64,000 nucleotides of DNA from Phycisphaerae bacterium. GTDB taxonomy: Bacteria; Planctomycetota; Phycisphaerae; UBA1845. Shown here piece after piece: positions 18,168-29,300 of the stretch (position 1 is the first letter of the stretch; the number at the start of each line of letters is the position of its first letter). The position numbers and the translations under genes were made by a program. The notes beneath the pieces are model-generated. The model was not told the DNA's origin. It saw nothing but the letters and a program-made list of their open reading frames with translations, and searched no databases. Where the stretch lies: the NCBI GenBank assembly GCA_020056715.1, contig JAGVHG010000057.1, forward strand, positions 1,256 through 65,255. Direction: 5' to 3'.

Positions 18168-18989
18168 CTACGAGGCCAATGCGGCCGCGGCCGTCTCCAC
18201 AATGGCGCGAATTTTGGCCTGGGCGAACATGAGCTGGGCCGTCTTCTCGTCCGAGGTTTCCTCCGTGCCTACGATGTAGGTGATCGGCTTGCCCGACTCC
18301 TTGGCCTTGGCGCCGGCCATCTGGCTGCAACAGAAGGACTGGCCGTCGACTTTGTAGTTCATTTTCACGCCGGCGACCGCCTCGTCCACCAGTTGGATCG
18401 CCTTCTCCGCCTTCGCCTGTTCAGCGAAGTCCAAGCCGCCGACACGGTAAGCCACCGTAGTATTGTTCTTCTCGGCGATGCTCTTAGCAACGAGAGGGTA
18501 GGGGGTACACGCTCCCCCGGCAGAGAACTGCATGGCCCGCAGTGCGGCGGCTTCCTGCTCGAGCAGGGCTGTCAACTTTACGGTTGCTTCGGCCTGGTCG
18601 GCAACGACCTCTTCCCCGACGAGGTACTTGACGGGCTGGCCGGTTTTCTCGGACATCGCCGCCGCGCTTTTGGGACAGCCGATCTTTTCCGAGCCGACCT
18701 GGTACTTCATCGAGGGGAGAGAAGCGAGGACGGCCTCAACCTTCTGGCTGACCGGACGAGCGGCGTCCCCACTATCCGACGCCGCGGTACCAGTCCCACC
18801 CGCCATCGCCCCGCAGGGCTTATTGCACCCGTCCGGCTTCTGCCCTACGGTCGTCGTAGCCTCACCGGCCGAAGCGGCTGCCTTTTTTTTCCCCCCGCAC
18901 GCGCAGTTGGAACCGCACTGGGCGGCGGCGGATGCAACAAAACAACCGACGGCCCATGCGCAAACGAAAGACATTATTTTGCAGTTCAT
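18168..18989 (-). CDS. Secreted Cys-containing protein with three internal ~58-aa repeats, function unknown
   Basis: Signal MNCKIMSFVCAWAVGCFVASAAA. Repeats of the pattern xYxVG..C...A..K.G.P.xYxVG.E + helix. Strong SD (aaggag) 7 nt upstream of ATG 18989. Confidence 0.6.
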   Translation of the reverse strand: MNCKIMSFVCAWAVGCFVASAAAQCGSNCACGGKKKAAASAGEATTTVGQKPDGCNKPCGAMAGGTGTAASDSGDAARPVSQKVEAVLASLPSMKYQVGSEKIGCPKSAAAMSEKTGQPVKYLVGEEVVADQAEATVKLTALLEQEAAALRAMQFSAGGACTPYPLVAKSIAEKNNTTVAYRVGGLDFAEQAKAEKAIQLVDEAVAGVKMNYKVDGQSFCCSQMAGAKAKESGKPITYIVGTEETSDEKTAQLMFAQAKIRAIVETAAAALAS

Positions 18990-19055
18990 CAAAAGTCTCC
19001 TTGAATCAGGGTTAACTGAATAAGAGGAGTTACTCCCTCCCCCACGGTTCGTTGA

Positions 19056-19085
19056 AATATACCTTGGTGACCGCTGATCTGTCAA
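19056..19085 (-). promoter_or_regulatory. Near-consensus sigma70-type promoter for the 18168-18989 gene
   Basis: Minus strand reads TTGACA (19085-19080), 18-nt spacer, TATATT (19061-19056), in a locally AT-richer region. Confidence 0.45.
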
Positions 19086-19180
19086 GTCCAGAATTAGCAG
19101 CCAAAAGCTATGCCGAAGCGACATAAGTTTAGCGGGGGCCACGACTTAAATCGCCAGCCAAGCGGACGATGTTTTTCGGC

Positions 19181-20140
19181 TCAGGAAGATGCGGCCGTTT
19201 CTCGCAGGAGCAGTTCCCACGCCCGACGCTCGCGCGCGGGGGTGACCAATCGGGCTTGACGCCGGCAATGATCCTTGAGTGATCGGTAGAACCGGCGGTC
19301 ACATTCCGCTCGCCCAAGCATCGCGGCCAACGCTCGCGTGTCGCCGACGGGAAAATAGCCGGGATAGTCGGACCCAAGAATGCCGACCGAACCCGCGATT
19401 CGCGAACTCACAATCGGAACGCCGGCAGCAAGCGCCTCGGAGACCACGTTGGCACCTCCCTCCAGCCGTGAGGTGAGAACCAAAAGGCGACTTCTCGCGA
19501 GGATGCGCAGAGTTTTCGCACGGGGAACCTCCCCGAGCCAGCGATAGCGCGGATTTCGTTGCATCTCCATCCGGGCGCGGACGGCCATCGCGTGGGTCAG
19601 CGCGGCGCCGAGGTGGATCACTCGAATGCAGGAAGACAGAGGCAGACTCCGCACCGCCATGGCCGCCCGAAAGGGGTCTTTAACCGGGCGCAAGTGTCCC
19701 AAGACGCAGATCTCGAACAGTCGCTTGAGCGATGGGACTTTCTTAGGCGGTCTTTCAAGAGATTGGTAAATGACACGCGATTTTCGGCGCACATGTCGCG
19801 GCAGTTCTTTGATACCCAGCGGCTGCAAGAGGATCAGGCGTGACGCGAATTCAAGCGACTTCCGGGCCGCGTTGCTTGTATTGATGTCGCTGTAAAGGTC
19901 CGTCCCCGTCAACACGACGATCAATGGAGCATCAGGGTGTTTCCGGTGGAACCGTTCAATCGAGTCCGCGCTCCGTCGTGCGTGCAAAGCCACCATCAAG
20001 TCGCAGGGTCGATCGTTCCAACTCTCCATGACCACGACACGGTGTCCGAGTCCGCGAAGGATTCTCGCCCACCGCAGGGCCGTCACGCGGTTTCCCTTGC
20101 GGGAGCCTGCCGGTGCGGGCGTTACAATAGCGATTCTCAT
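19181..20140 (-). CDS. GT-B fold glycosyltransferase (GT4/GT1-like), short form
   Basis: C-terminal LEGGANVVSEALAAGVPIVSS (E-x7-E type motif). N-terminal MRIAIVTPAPAGSRKGNRVTALRWARIL. 319 aa. Confidence 0.8.
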   Translation of the reverse strand: MRIAIVTPAPAGSRKGNRVTALRWARILRGLGHRVVVMESWNDRPCDLMVALHARRSADSIERFHRKHPDAPLIVVLTGTDLYSDINTSNAARKSLEFASRLILLQPLGIKELPRHVRRKSRVIYQSLERPPKKVPSLKRLFEICVLGHLRPVKDPFRAAMAVRSLPLSSCIRVIHLGAALTHAMAVRARMEMQRNPRYRWLGEVPRAKTLRILARSRLLVLTSRLEGGANVVSEALAAGVPIVSSRIAGSVGILGSDYPGYFPVGDTRALAAMLGRAECDRRFYRSLKDHCRRQARLVTPARERRAWELLLRETAASS

Positions 20141-20162
20141 AGGCGCAAGCCTCGAACAGTCC

Positions 20163-20900
20163 TCATCCGCATGATCGCGGGCGCGGCGGGATTACAATGC
20201 AACCGGGCGCCAACGCGGTCCGCGCCGCTTCGAGATACAACATATACTCGCTTGGGCCGGCTGCTTCGCGTAGGGATTCGAGCGACCAGGAATTCTCCAC
20301 CGTGAACGGGCCGACCCGGCTCCGCGTGAGCGACGTCAAGCAACCGCCAGTTCCAAGTCTTAGTCCCAAATCGCGGATCAGTGATCGCACATAGGTCCCC
20401 CGGCCGCAGCACATCTCGAAGTCCATCGTCGGCCAGGCGAGGGCATGGATGTGCAACCAGTAGACGGTCACCGGCCTAGCCGCAAGAACCAACGGACCTT
20501 CACTGGCTTTTCGTTTGTACGCGGGCATACCGCCGACCTTGATGGCACTGATTTGCGGCGGAATTTGCTCGATAACCCCCTCGAAGTCCGCGCAGCCGGC
20601 GCGGACGGCTTCGATCGTCGGGATAACCGAAACCTCCACCGCCGTTAGCGGACGATCACTGTCAAAGCTTTCGCTGGTCACATCGAACCGCGCCGTCGCC
20701 CGGTACACTTTCGGCTGGTTCATGATCGACTCGACGAGCTTGGTCGCCTTTCCAAGGCATAGAACGAGCACGCCGCTCGCCGCGGGGTCGAGCGTCCCCG
20801 CGTGTCCGCTCTTACGCTCACCGGTGATGGACCGAACGCGATAGAGGGCCTTGGCCGAGGTGATCCCGGTCGGCTTGTTGAGAGTGATGATCCCGTCCAC
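20163..20900 (-). CDS. truB: tRNA pseudouridine(55) synthase TruB
   Basis: GHAGTLDPAASGVLVLCLGKATKL catalytic motif and overall TruB layout. Confidence 0.92.
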   Translation of the reverse strand: MDGIITLNKPTGITSAKALYRVRSITGERKSGHAGTLDPAASGVLVLCLGKATKLVESIMNQPKVYRATARFDVTSESFDSDRPLTAVEVSVIPTIEAVRAGCADFEGVIEQIPPQISAIKVGGMPAYKRKASEGPLVLAARPVTVYWLHIHALAWPTMDFEMCCGRGTYVRSLIRDLGLRLGTGGCLTSLTRSRVGPFTVENSWSLESLREAAGPSEYMLYLEAARTALAPGCIVIPPRPRSCG

Positions 20901-20924
20901 AGAGTACCGATGGAATGGAGTTGC

Positions 20925-21329
20925 TTATGGCTTTGCCGGAGTGAACACCGCGGTGACTTCGCGATCCTGCCCCGGCACTTTCAAGGTCATCACTAACTTC
21001 CCGTCCAACCGACGACGGGTATTATATTCCAAGGACTGTCCGCCGAAAGGCGAGACGCGCACCGTCTGCCACTTCCTCGTATAAACGCCGGTCGTCGTGT
21101 GTATATCGCCGCTATACGTTCCTTGGGCGCTAAGAGCGCCGGTGGCTGTATACTTCCCCTGCTCGTCGAACGTCACTTGGTTGATCGGAAACCCCGCCCC
21201 CTGCGGACGAACCTCCGACGTCTCCCACGACCCGGCAATGCTGCTACTGCATCCGGATAATAACAACGTGCTACACAATGTCAGCCAAAGACAACGTATG
21301 CGGGGCATATCAGTCTGCCTCATGTACAA
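20925..21329 (-). CDS. Small lipoprotein, function unknown
   Basis: Lipobox LLLSGCSS after a hydrophobic stretch. Start may be the internal ATG at 21308. Confidence 0.5.
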   Translation of the reverse strand: MYMRQTDMPRIRCLWLTLCSTLLLSGCSSSIAGSWETSEVRPQGAGFPINQVTFDEQGKYTATGALSAQGTYSGDIHTTTGVYTRKWQTVRVSPFGGQSLEYNTRRRLDGKLVMTLKVPGQDREVTAVFTPAKP

Positions 21330-21459
21330 CCCCGGAGCACCTATGTACTGCGGGCATGCACGGGGCGCCCTTACTGAGACGCATCACCCGTGCCTCATCG
21401 AAACACATACACGATCCGACCGCAACCTGTCAAACAGACGGTGGGAGGTGGGGAAGGCG

Positions 21460-24400
21460 TCAGGCCGCTTGAATTTTGCCCTTAGGCCCGATGATCGAGT
21501 AGAAAACAGGTAGTACGAGCAGGGTCAGGAGCATCGAAGTAACGACACACCCGATCACGACGGTGGCAAGCGGTCGTTGGACTTCGGCCCCGACGCCGGT
21601 GTTGAAGGCCATCGGAACAAAGCCCAAGCTGGCCACCAGCCCGGTCATCAAGACCGGTCGGAGCCGCGTAAGTGCCGCTCGTTCGATTGCCGCGCGCAGT
21701 TCGACGCCCTGCTGAAGCAGTCCGCGCAGGTAGGAGACGAAGACCATGTCGCCCAACACCGACACGCCGGACATGGCCACGAAGCCGACGCCAGCGGAGA
21801 TGCTAAACGGCATGTCGCGTATCTGAAGAGCCAGCACTCCACCGACGGCCGCGAGCGGGATCGTGGCGAAGATACGCACCACGTCCGTGAGCCGTCCATA
21901 GGTGAGATACAGGAGAAAAAAAATCAAAATAAGAGCCATCGGAACGACAAACATCAGACGGCGGCTGGCGCGTTCCAAATGCTCAAACTGACCGCCGTAG
22001 GTGATGAAGTAGCCTGACGGTAGTTTGGGTTCGAGTTCCGCGCGAATGCGATGCTGGGCCTGGGCGACGAAACCGGAGATATCCCGCCCGCGGACGTTGG
22101 ACTGGACGACGATGCGGCGCTTGCCCCATTCACGGTTGATCGTCGAAGGCCCCTTGGCGATCTTCAAATCGGCGAGAAGCGAGAGTGGCAATCGTTGGCC
22201 TGCTGCGGTGGGGATCAGCAAGTTCGCCAATCGCTCCGGGTCTTTACGGTATTCGTCGGGCAGACGCACGGTCAGCGGGAAACGCACTTGCTCTTGTTTG
22301 ATTTCTCCGACCTCGATGTTGCCGACCGCGGCGACGAAATCGAGCACTTCGCGGCCGGGCACGCCGTACCGCGCGAGCTGGTCTTGTTTCAGTTTGATCT
22401 CCAAGACCGGCTGACCGGTGAGTTGCTCGGTTACAACGTCCGCATTGCCGGGAGTGCTCCGCAGAATTTTTTCGACGTCGCCCGCAATTCGTTTCAACTG
22501 TTCGAAGTCGTCGCCGAAGACTTTGACTCCCAGATCACTGCGAATACCGGCAATCATCTCGTTGACCCGCATCTCGATCGGTTGGGTGAAGGTCGTGCGC
22601 ATCGCGGGCATGCCGGACAGCTCGGCCTCCATACCCGCGACAAGTTCCTCTTGGGTTGCGGCGCGCGTCCAACGGTTGCGAGGATGAAGGGTGATGAACA
22701 CATCGGTGAGTTCCAACCCCATCGGGTCGGTGGCGACCTCGGCCGTTCCGGTTCGCGACCAGATGTGCTTGATCTCGTCGGGGAATCGTTCGAGAAGCAG
22801 CTTTTCGATTTGCGTGCCGTAGCGCACCGACTCCTCGACCGAAACTCCGGCGAGCCGCACGGTGTTGATCACGATCGCCTCTTCGGAGAGGCGAGGGATG
22901 AAAACGGCCCCCAAGTCCAGGGCGAAAAGTATTCCGCCCGCCAGGACGATGCCCACGGCGACGAGAACCGGTGCCCGCGCGCCGAGTACAAAATGTAGCA
23001 AGGGAGCATAGAGGCGTTTGGCCCAGCGGACGACCCACGGTTCACGTTCGCGCCGAGCGCGGCGTAATGCGAAGCTCGCCAAAACGGGCATCAAGGTCAA
23101 TGAAAAAACGAGCGATCCACCCAAGGCGAAGAGCACCGTCCAGGCCATTGGGGAGAATAGCTTACCTTCCATCCCCTCGAGGGTCAGGATCGGCAAATAC
23201 ACAATCATGATGATGAGTTCACCGAACATGGTCGGCTTGCGGACTTCAATAGCGGCATCGCGCACGACGTCGAGTTGGGATACGGAACCATCGCTCTCGG
23301 CCAGACGACGCACGCTGTTTTCGACCATGATGACGGAGCTATCGACGATCAGTCCGAAGTCGATGGCCCCCAAACTCATCAGGCTCCCCGCGATTCCAGC
23401 GCGGAGCATCAAGTTCCCGGCGAACAACATGGAGAGCGGGATCGCCAAGGCGACGATTAGACCGGCCCGTAGGTCGCCTAGGAACAAAAAGAGGACGACG
23501 ACAACCAACAGAGCGCCTTCAAACAAGTTGATCTTCACTGTTCGAAGTACGTGGTCGACCAACTCCGTCCGGTCGTAGACGGTGGTGACTTCGACGCCTT
23601 CAGGCAGGCTCGGTTTGATCTCCTCCATGCGGGTCTTGAGGGCTTGGGTGACATCGCGGGTATTCTCGCCCATACGCATGAAACCCAAACCCAGAACGCT
23701 TTCTCCTTTGCCCCGGTTGGTCACCGCCCCGCGGCGGATTTCGTGGCCGTCGATGACCTCGCCGATATTGCGGATGTAAATCGGGGCGCCGTCCTCGGCG
23801 GAGATGACGATTCCGCCGACCTCATCGAGGGTGGTCACGCGCCCCAAGCCCTGGACGAGGATGGATTCACCGGCGCGGGTGATCTGCCCGCCGCCGACGT
23901 TGTCGTTGTTTCGGCGCAAGGCCTCGAACACCTCGCTGAGCGTCACGTGGTGTTTCAGCAGCTTGGAGGGATCGACGACAACCTGATACTGCCGTTCGAG
24001 GCCGCCCCAACTGTTCACCTCCGCGACGCCGTCCACGGTGCGGAGCCGCGGGCGGATGATCCAATCCTGTATGCTTCGCAACTCTGAAAGGCTCTTCGTT
24101 TCGCTGGTGACGACATAATGAAAGACCTCACCAAGTCCCGTCGCCACCGGCCCCATGACCGGTCGATCCAATCCCTCCGGCAATTGCACTGTCGTGAGTC
24201 GTTCCATGATGAGTTGCCGGGCGAGATAGATTTCGCTGTCGTCGTCGAAGATGACGGTGACTTGCGACAATCCGAACTTGGAGAGGGATCGCACCTCGGT
24301 CAGGCCCTTCACTCCGCTGATCGCTTGTTCGACGGGCGTGGTGATTTGTTGCTCGACCTCGGTGGGGGAGAGGGCCGCGGCGACGGTGTTGATCTGCACT

Positions 24401-24537
24401 TGGACAGGGGTGGTGTCGGGGAAGGCGTCGATGGGCAAGCGGTAGAGCGAGTACGCGCCGGTGAGGGCGAGGATGCCGGACAGGCCGATCACGACCAGCC
24501 GGTGGCTCAACGACCAGGTAATGATCGCGTTCAGCAT
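21460..24537 (-). CDS. CusA/CzcA-family heavy-metal efflux RND transporter (pump 2)
   Basis: 1025 aa with 12-TM RND architecture. N-terminus MLNAIITWSLSHRLVVIGL...AFPDTTPVQVQI is typical of the HME-RND family. Confidence 0.92.
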   Translation of the reverse strand: MLNAIITWSLSHRLVVIGLSGILALTGAYSLYRLPIDAFPDTTPVQVQINTVAAALSPTEVEQQITTPVEQAISGVKGLTEVRSLSKFGLSQVTVIFDDDSEIYLARQLIMERLTTVQLPEGLDRPVMGPVATGLGEVFHYVVTSETKSLSELRSIQDWIIRPRLRTVDGVAEVNSWGGLERQYQVVVDPSKLLKHHVTLSEVFEALRRNNDNVGGGQITRAGESILVQGLGRVTTLDEVGGIVISAEDGAPIYIRNIGEVIDGHEIRRGAVTNRGKGESVLGLGFMRMGENTRDVTQALKTRMEEIKPSLPEGVEVTTVYDRTELVDHVLRTVKINLFEGALLVVVVLFLFLGDLRAGLIVALAIPLSMLFAGNLMLRAGIAGSLMSLGAIDFGLIVDSSVIMVENSVRRLAESDGSVSQLDVVRDAAIEVRKPTMFGELIIMIVYLPILTLEGMEGKLFSPMAWTVLFALGGSLVFSLTLMPVLASFALRRARREREPWVVRWAKRLYAPLLHFVLGARAPVLVAVGIVLAGGILFALDLGAVFIPRLSEEAIVINTVRLAGVSVEESVRYGTQIEKLLLERFPDEIKHIWSRTGTAEVATDPMGLELTDVFITLHPRNRWTRAATQEELVAGMEAELSGMPAMRTTFTQPIEMRVNEMIAGIRSDLGVKVFGDDFEQLKRIAGDVEKILRSTPGNADVVTEQLTGQPVLEIKLKQDQLARYGVPGREVLDFVAAVGNIEVGEIKQEQVRFPLTVRLPDEYRKDPERLANLLIPTAAGQRLPLSLLADLKIAKGPSTINREWGKRRIVVQSNVRGRDISGFVAQAQHRIRAELEPKLPSGYFITYGGQFEHLERASRRLMFVVPMALILIFFLLYLTYGRLTDVVRIFATIPLAAVGGVLALQIRDMPFSISAGVGFVAMSGVSVLGDMVFVSYLRGLLQQGVELRAAIERAALTRLRPVLMTGLVASLGFVPMAFNTGVGAEVQRPLATVVIGCVVTSMLLTLLVLPVFYSIIGPKGKIQAA

Positions 24538-24543
24538 CGGCGG

Positions 24544-26331
24544 TTACCGTCCCGGATCGACTTCGCAGCAACCGGCCCCGATGTTGCCCTTGAGGATTTC
24601 GGTTTTCATCAGAAAACTCCCGGCGGTCACGACAACCTCGCCGATCTGAAGCCCTTTGTGGATTTCCACATAGCCACCGGCGGCGGCGCCGAGGGCGACC
24701 TTTCGCGGGCGATAGAGGGCGTCGCTCTCTTGGACGAAGACGAGTTGGCAACAGCCGTCGGTTTGGACGGCCTCATCGGGAATCGTAAGCACTTCGTCAT
24801 GGTCATGAAGCACGACGCGGGCACGACCGAACATATTGGCGCGGAGAACACCCGTATCGTTGGGCAAATCGGCCCGGGCCTTGACCGTACGCGTGCGGTC
24901 ATCGACCTGGCTACTGATCCAAGTGAGTGTGCCTTGAAAGCTGTTCCCCGGTAAACCGTCGACGGTGAAGAGGATGGGTAGGCCGATTCTTAGCCCAATC
25001 AGATCGCGCTCGGGGACATCGAGCATCAACCATACTGAGGATAAGTCGGCGACCGTGTAGAGGGCGTCTTTCTCATCGACGGATTCGCCGACGACGGCGT
25101 GCCGCTCCACGACCCGGCCGTTTAATGGGCTGCGAAGCTCGTAGGCGAGGAGGGCCGTGTCGGGCGTCGTCTCCAGCGCGGCGACAGCTTCATGGTCAAT
25201 GCCGAGAATGTGCAATTGACGCTCGGCCACATCCAGGGCGTTCTTGGCGATGTGGAGCATCTTTTCGGCGGATAGATGCTCTCGCTCGGCGGTGAAAGCG
25301 ATTTCTTCGTGGGTGGCGTGAAACTGAGCTTCGGCGGCATGAAGGTTGCCGCGGGCGGTTTCATAGGCCTGTTCGCTGCTGATCTTTTGTTCACGCAGCC
25401 GGGATTCACGCTCGAAGGTCGCCCGTGTCAACTCCAAGTCGGCATGAGACTTTAGCAATCGGCTCTTGGCTTCGCCGATCCGCACCTCGCCGAATTTCTT
25501 GCGGACTTCTTCCGCCGAGGTCATCGTCTCACATTGATCGAGGATTGGTTGGATGCCCGTGTGGACGAGCTTGGCACGTTCGAAGTCCACTTGGGCGAGC
25601 AGGTATTTTTCTCGAAGCTCAATGTAGCGACTTTTGGCCTCACCAAGGGCGGGGCTGTCGATGACCGCCAACACGTCGCCGCTCTTGACGGCGCTTCCGA
25701 GTTCCCCAACCGCGCGGGCGATGACGCCTTTGACCCTAGGCGTAACACGCGCAAGGCGGGTCCCGTCGTAAGCAATCTCGCCGGGGAATTCGACCACGGT
25801 GGAGATCCGACGCAGCGCGACGGCCTCCGTCTTGATCCCCGCTTTGTCCGCCACCGATCCGTCCTTCAGGCGTATTTGCAGACGGTCAACCTGACAGAGC
25901 GGGTCGTTGTTTGCCGTGAGCATCCGCCCTGTCGGCTCGGTTCTAACGGTGTCGTCTGTCGGCACAACCGTCGGCGCGGTTGACTTCGTGGTGATCGCCT
26001 CCCACTTGGGCTTGAGCTGCGGGTTGCAAACGAGGCACTGTGACTCGGGGAGGTTGTGCCCGTCGCACCAATCGCCGTCCTGCTTAAACTTTGGAATCAG
26101 CGACGGGTTGCAACGAGCGCATAGGGATTCGGGCACTCCATGTTCGGAGCACCACGGGGTTCCTTCGGCCAAATGTTGGGGAATACGGTCCTCAATCGTT
26201 GACGGGGGGGCGGGTGTTATCGGTGGCGGGCCAGTCGGCGTGTTCTCACCGCGGCAGCCGCCGAGGGCGAAGAAAGCGACGACCACGGCCAGACAAGCCG
26301 ATGCGCGGGTGAGGGATGCGGTCATATTCAT
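24544..26331 (-). CDS. Efflux RND periplasmic adaptor (MFP) with N-terminal duplicated Cys/His motif
   Basis: Lipoprotein-type signal ...FALGGC. WCSEHGVPESLCARCNP and WCDGHNLPESQCLVCNP repeats. Barrel-sandwich/hairpin MFP core. The ATG at 26331 overlaps the upstream RND stop (ATGA). Confidence 0.85.
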   Translation of the reverse strand: MNMTASLTRASACLAVVVAFFALGGCRGENTPTGPPPITPAPPSTIEDRIPQHLAEGTPWCSEHGVPESLCARCNPSLIPKFKQDGDWCDGHNLPESQCLVCNPQLKPKWEAITTKSTAPTVVPTDDTVRTEPTGRMLTANNDPLCQVDRLQIRLKDGSVADKAGIKTEAVALRRISTVVEFPGEIAYDGTRLARVTPRVKGVIARAVGELGSAVKSGDVLAVIDSPALGEAKSRYIELREKYLLAQVDFERAKLVHTGIQPILDQCETMTSAEEVRKKFGEVRIGEAKSRLLKSHADLELTRATFERESRLREQKISSEQAYETARGNLHAAEAQFHATHEEIAFTAEREHLSAEKMLHIAKNALDVAERQLHILGIDHEAVAALETTPDTALLAYELRSPLNGRVVERHAVVGESVDEKDALYTVADLSSVWLMLDVPERDLIGLRIGLPILFTVDGLPGNSFQGTLTWISSQVDDRTRTVKARADLPNDTGVLRANMFGRARVVLHDHDEVLTIPDEAVQTDGCCQLVFVQESDALYRPRKVALGAAAGGYVEIHKGLQIGEVVVTAGSFLMKTEILKGNIGAGCCEVDPGR

Positions 26332-29300
26332 GTTGTGGTTTCCCTTCCTTGTAAGCGGGGCTGCGACACATCCCGACCGCCGAACATGACGTAGATCGCG
26401 GGCAGCACCACGAGCGTGAGCAGTGTACTGCTTATAAGCCCGCCGATTACCACTGTGGCAAGCGGCTTCTGCACTTCGGCTCCCGTGCCCGTCGCCAGCG
26501 CCATCGGCACGAAACCCAGTGAGGCCACGAGCGCGGTCATCAGCACCGGGCGCAAACGTGTTAGGCTCCCCTGCACAATCGCCTCGAGTACGTCTTTTCC
26601 TTCCTGCCGCAGTTGATTGATGAAGCTTACCATGACCAACCCGTTCAACACAGCGACACCGGACAGGGCGATGAAGCCAACGCCTGCGGAAATCGAAAAC
26701 GGAATGCCTCTCAGCCACAGCGCGAGAATGCCGCCGGTAAGCGCCAACGGCACGCCGGTAAACACGAGCAAGGCCTGGCGGAGTGAGTTGAACGTGGCAA
26801 ACAGCAGAATGAAGATCAGCCCCAAGGCGAGGGGAACAACGATCGTCAGCCGCTCGCGCGCCCCGATGAGATTCTCAAACTGACCACCCCAGCCGAGCCA
26901 GTAGCCCTCCGGCAGTCGGCCGAGCTTCTTCTCGACGCGGTCTTGAGCCTCGGCGACAAAACTTCCCAGATCCCGGCCGCCCCGGATGTTGCACTGCACG
27001 ACGACGCGCCGGTGTCCATTTTCCCTCCGGATCATACGCGGGCCTTCATCGATCTTGATCCGGGCCACGCTCGACAGTGGGATGTAGCCGGGCATCGATC
27101 TGCCCGCATCGCCGACCAATGATGCGTATTCGCTGCTCGCGAGTGCCGCGACTTGGGTCGGCTGAGTCCGGTCTTCTGTCCTGCGTTCGGCCGGCAGGGG
27201 TACGGGCATTGCGCCGATCGCCTGGATATTGCTGCGCAGAGACTCCGGCAACCGCACAACCAGCTCAAAGCGTCGGTCGCCCTCGATTACCTGCCCAGCG
27301 TTGGCGCCGCCGAGGGCGGTTTCAACGACGTGCTGGACATCGGCGACGTTCAGTCCGTAGCGGGCCACGGTGGGCCGGTCAATCTGGATCGTAACGAAGG
27401 GCAGACCGGCCACTGCTTCAATCTTGATGTCCTGTGCCCCACGGATGTTCCGCAACTCGGCTGCGACTTGGTTCGCGTATTTGAGCATTTGTTCCAGGTC
27501 ATCCCCATAGACCTTAACGGCCAGGTCGCCGCGCACGCCGGCGATCAGTTCGTTCATCCGTAGCTCGATGGGCTGGCTGAACTCATAGTTCTGACCGGGG
27601 AGCTTGCGGACAACCTCCTCCATCGCCTCGACGAGTTCTTCCTGTGTGTGGGCCTTCGTCCACTGCGGGCGCGGCTTGAGCATAATGTACGTATCGGATA
27701 CCTCCGGGCCGCACACGTCGGTAACGACTTCCGAGGTCCCTGTTCGGGAAAAAATGCTCGCGATCTCTTCGGGAAATGCTTTCAGCAACGCCTGTTCCAC
27801 TTGCTCCTGCATCTCGACGCTGGAGGTCAGAGCGATACTGGGCATACGCGTCGGCTGGAGCGCGATCGCTCCTTCACCTAACTTGGGTACAAACTCACTG
27901 CCCATCGTCCCGGCGAGCAGCAGCGTACCTCCCAGAATCAGGACGGCGCCGCAGACGACCGCGCCGCGATATTGCACGGCCCAGGTCACGATCGGCTGGT
28001 AGACCGCCTTCGCCCAGCGAACGAGCGCCACTTCCCGCTCGGCGATCCGCCCGCCCAGCAGCAGCGCGGCCAGCGCCGGAACCGTCGTGAACGTCAGGAT
28101 CATAGCTCCCGCCAGCGCCAGCAGCACAACCTGCGCCATAGGCCTGAACATCTTGCCTTCAACGCCGCTGAGCGTAAGGATCGGCAGGTACACGATCATG
28201 ATGATCGCGACGCCGAAGACGACGGGCCGGCCGACTTCGCGGCTGGCCTCTTCGACGAGTTGAAGGCGTTCGCCGCCGGTGAGACGGCGCCCGAGTTCGA
28301 GCTGCCGCTGGCCGAGCCGGCGCATGAGGTTCTCCACCAGGACCACCGCGCCGTCCACGATGATCCCGAAGTCGATGGCCCCCAGGCTCATGAGGTTGGC
28401 GCTGATCTGGTTCTGCACCATGCCGGTGATGGCGAAAAGCATGGAGAGCGGGATCGCTAGGGCCACGATCACTGCTGCGCGTACGTTTCCGAGCAGCAGA
28501 AACAACACGATGACAACGAGAATCGCCCCTTCGGTCAGGTTCTTCCGAACGGTCTCCAGCGTCGCGTCCACGAGGTAGGTTCGATCGTAGAGCGTCGTGA
28601 CGCTCACGTTCTCGGGCAGCGTCTTGTTGATTTCATCGAGCTTTCGGGCCACGCTATGGGCGACCGTGCGGCTGTTCTCGCCGTACAGCAGGATCGCGGT
28701 GCCGACGACCGCCTCGTGACCGTTGGCCGTTCCGGAACCGGTGCGCAGCTCCTTGCCAAGGCCGACCTCGGCCACGTCCTTCACGAAGATCGGGGAACCG
28801 TCCACCGCGCCCAGCTTGATGTTGCGGATGTCGTCCATACTTTCGATCAACCCGGTGGACCGGATGATGTACTGCTCGCCGCCGTGCTCGATGTAGCCGC
28901 CGCCGACGTTCGCGTTGTTCGCCGCCAGTGCTTCCAGCACGTCGCGGAAGCCCAATCCGTAGGCGATGAGCTTCATCGGGTCCGGCGTCACGTGATACTG
29001 CTTGTCGTAACCACCGATGCTGTTGACCTCGGTGATACCGGGGACCGAACGCAGTTGCGGCTTGATGACCCAGTCCTGGATGGTGCGCAGATCCGTCGGG
29101 GTGTAGGGCGTGCCGTCCGGCTTTGGGCCCGCCGCGTTCACGCTCCAGAAGTATATCTCGCCAAGCCCGGTCCAGATCGGACCCATGACCGGCGTGCTTA
29201 CGCCGACCGGCAGGCTCTCCGCGGCCTGCCCGAGGCGCTCCGCCACAAGCTGCCTAGCCCGGTAGAGGTCCACTTCGTCTTTGAGGATGACGGTGACCTG

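Noticed and set aside
19181-20140. Linking the short glycosyltransferase to selenium metabolism (a SenB-like selenosugar synthase) because a Sec-type selD is in the window.
   Set aside because: selD is about 12 kb away on the other strand. No EgtB/SenA-like gene is nearby. I can only see generic GT-B motifs, and my memory of the SenB/TIGR04348 signature is not reliable enough. A TIGR04348 HMM search would settle it.
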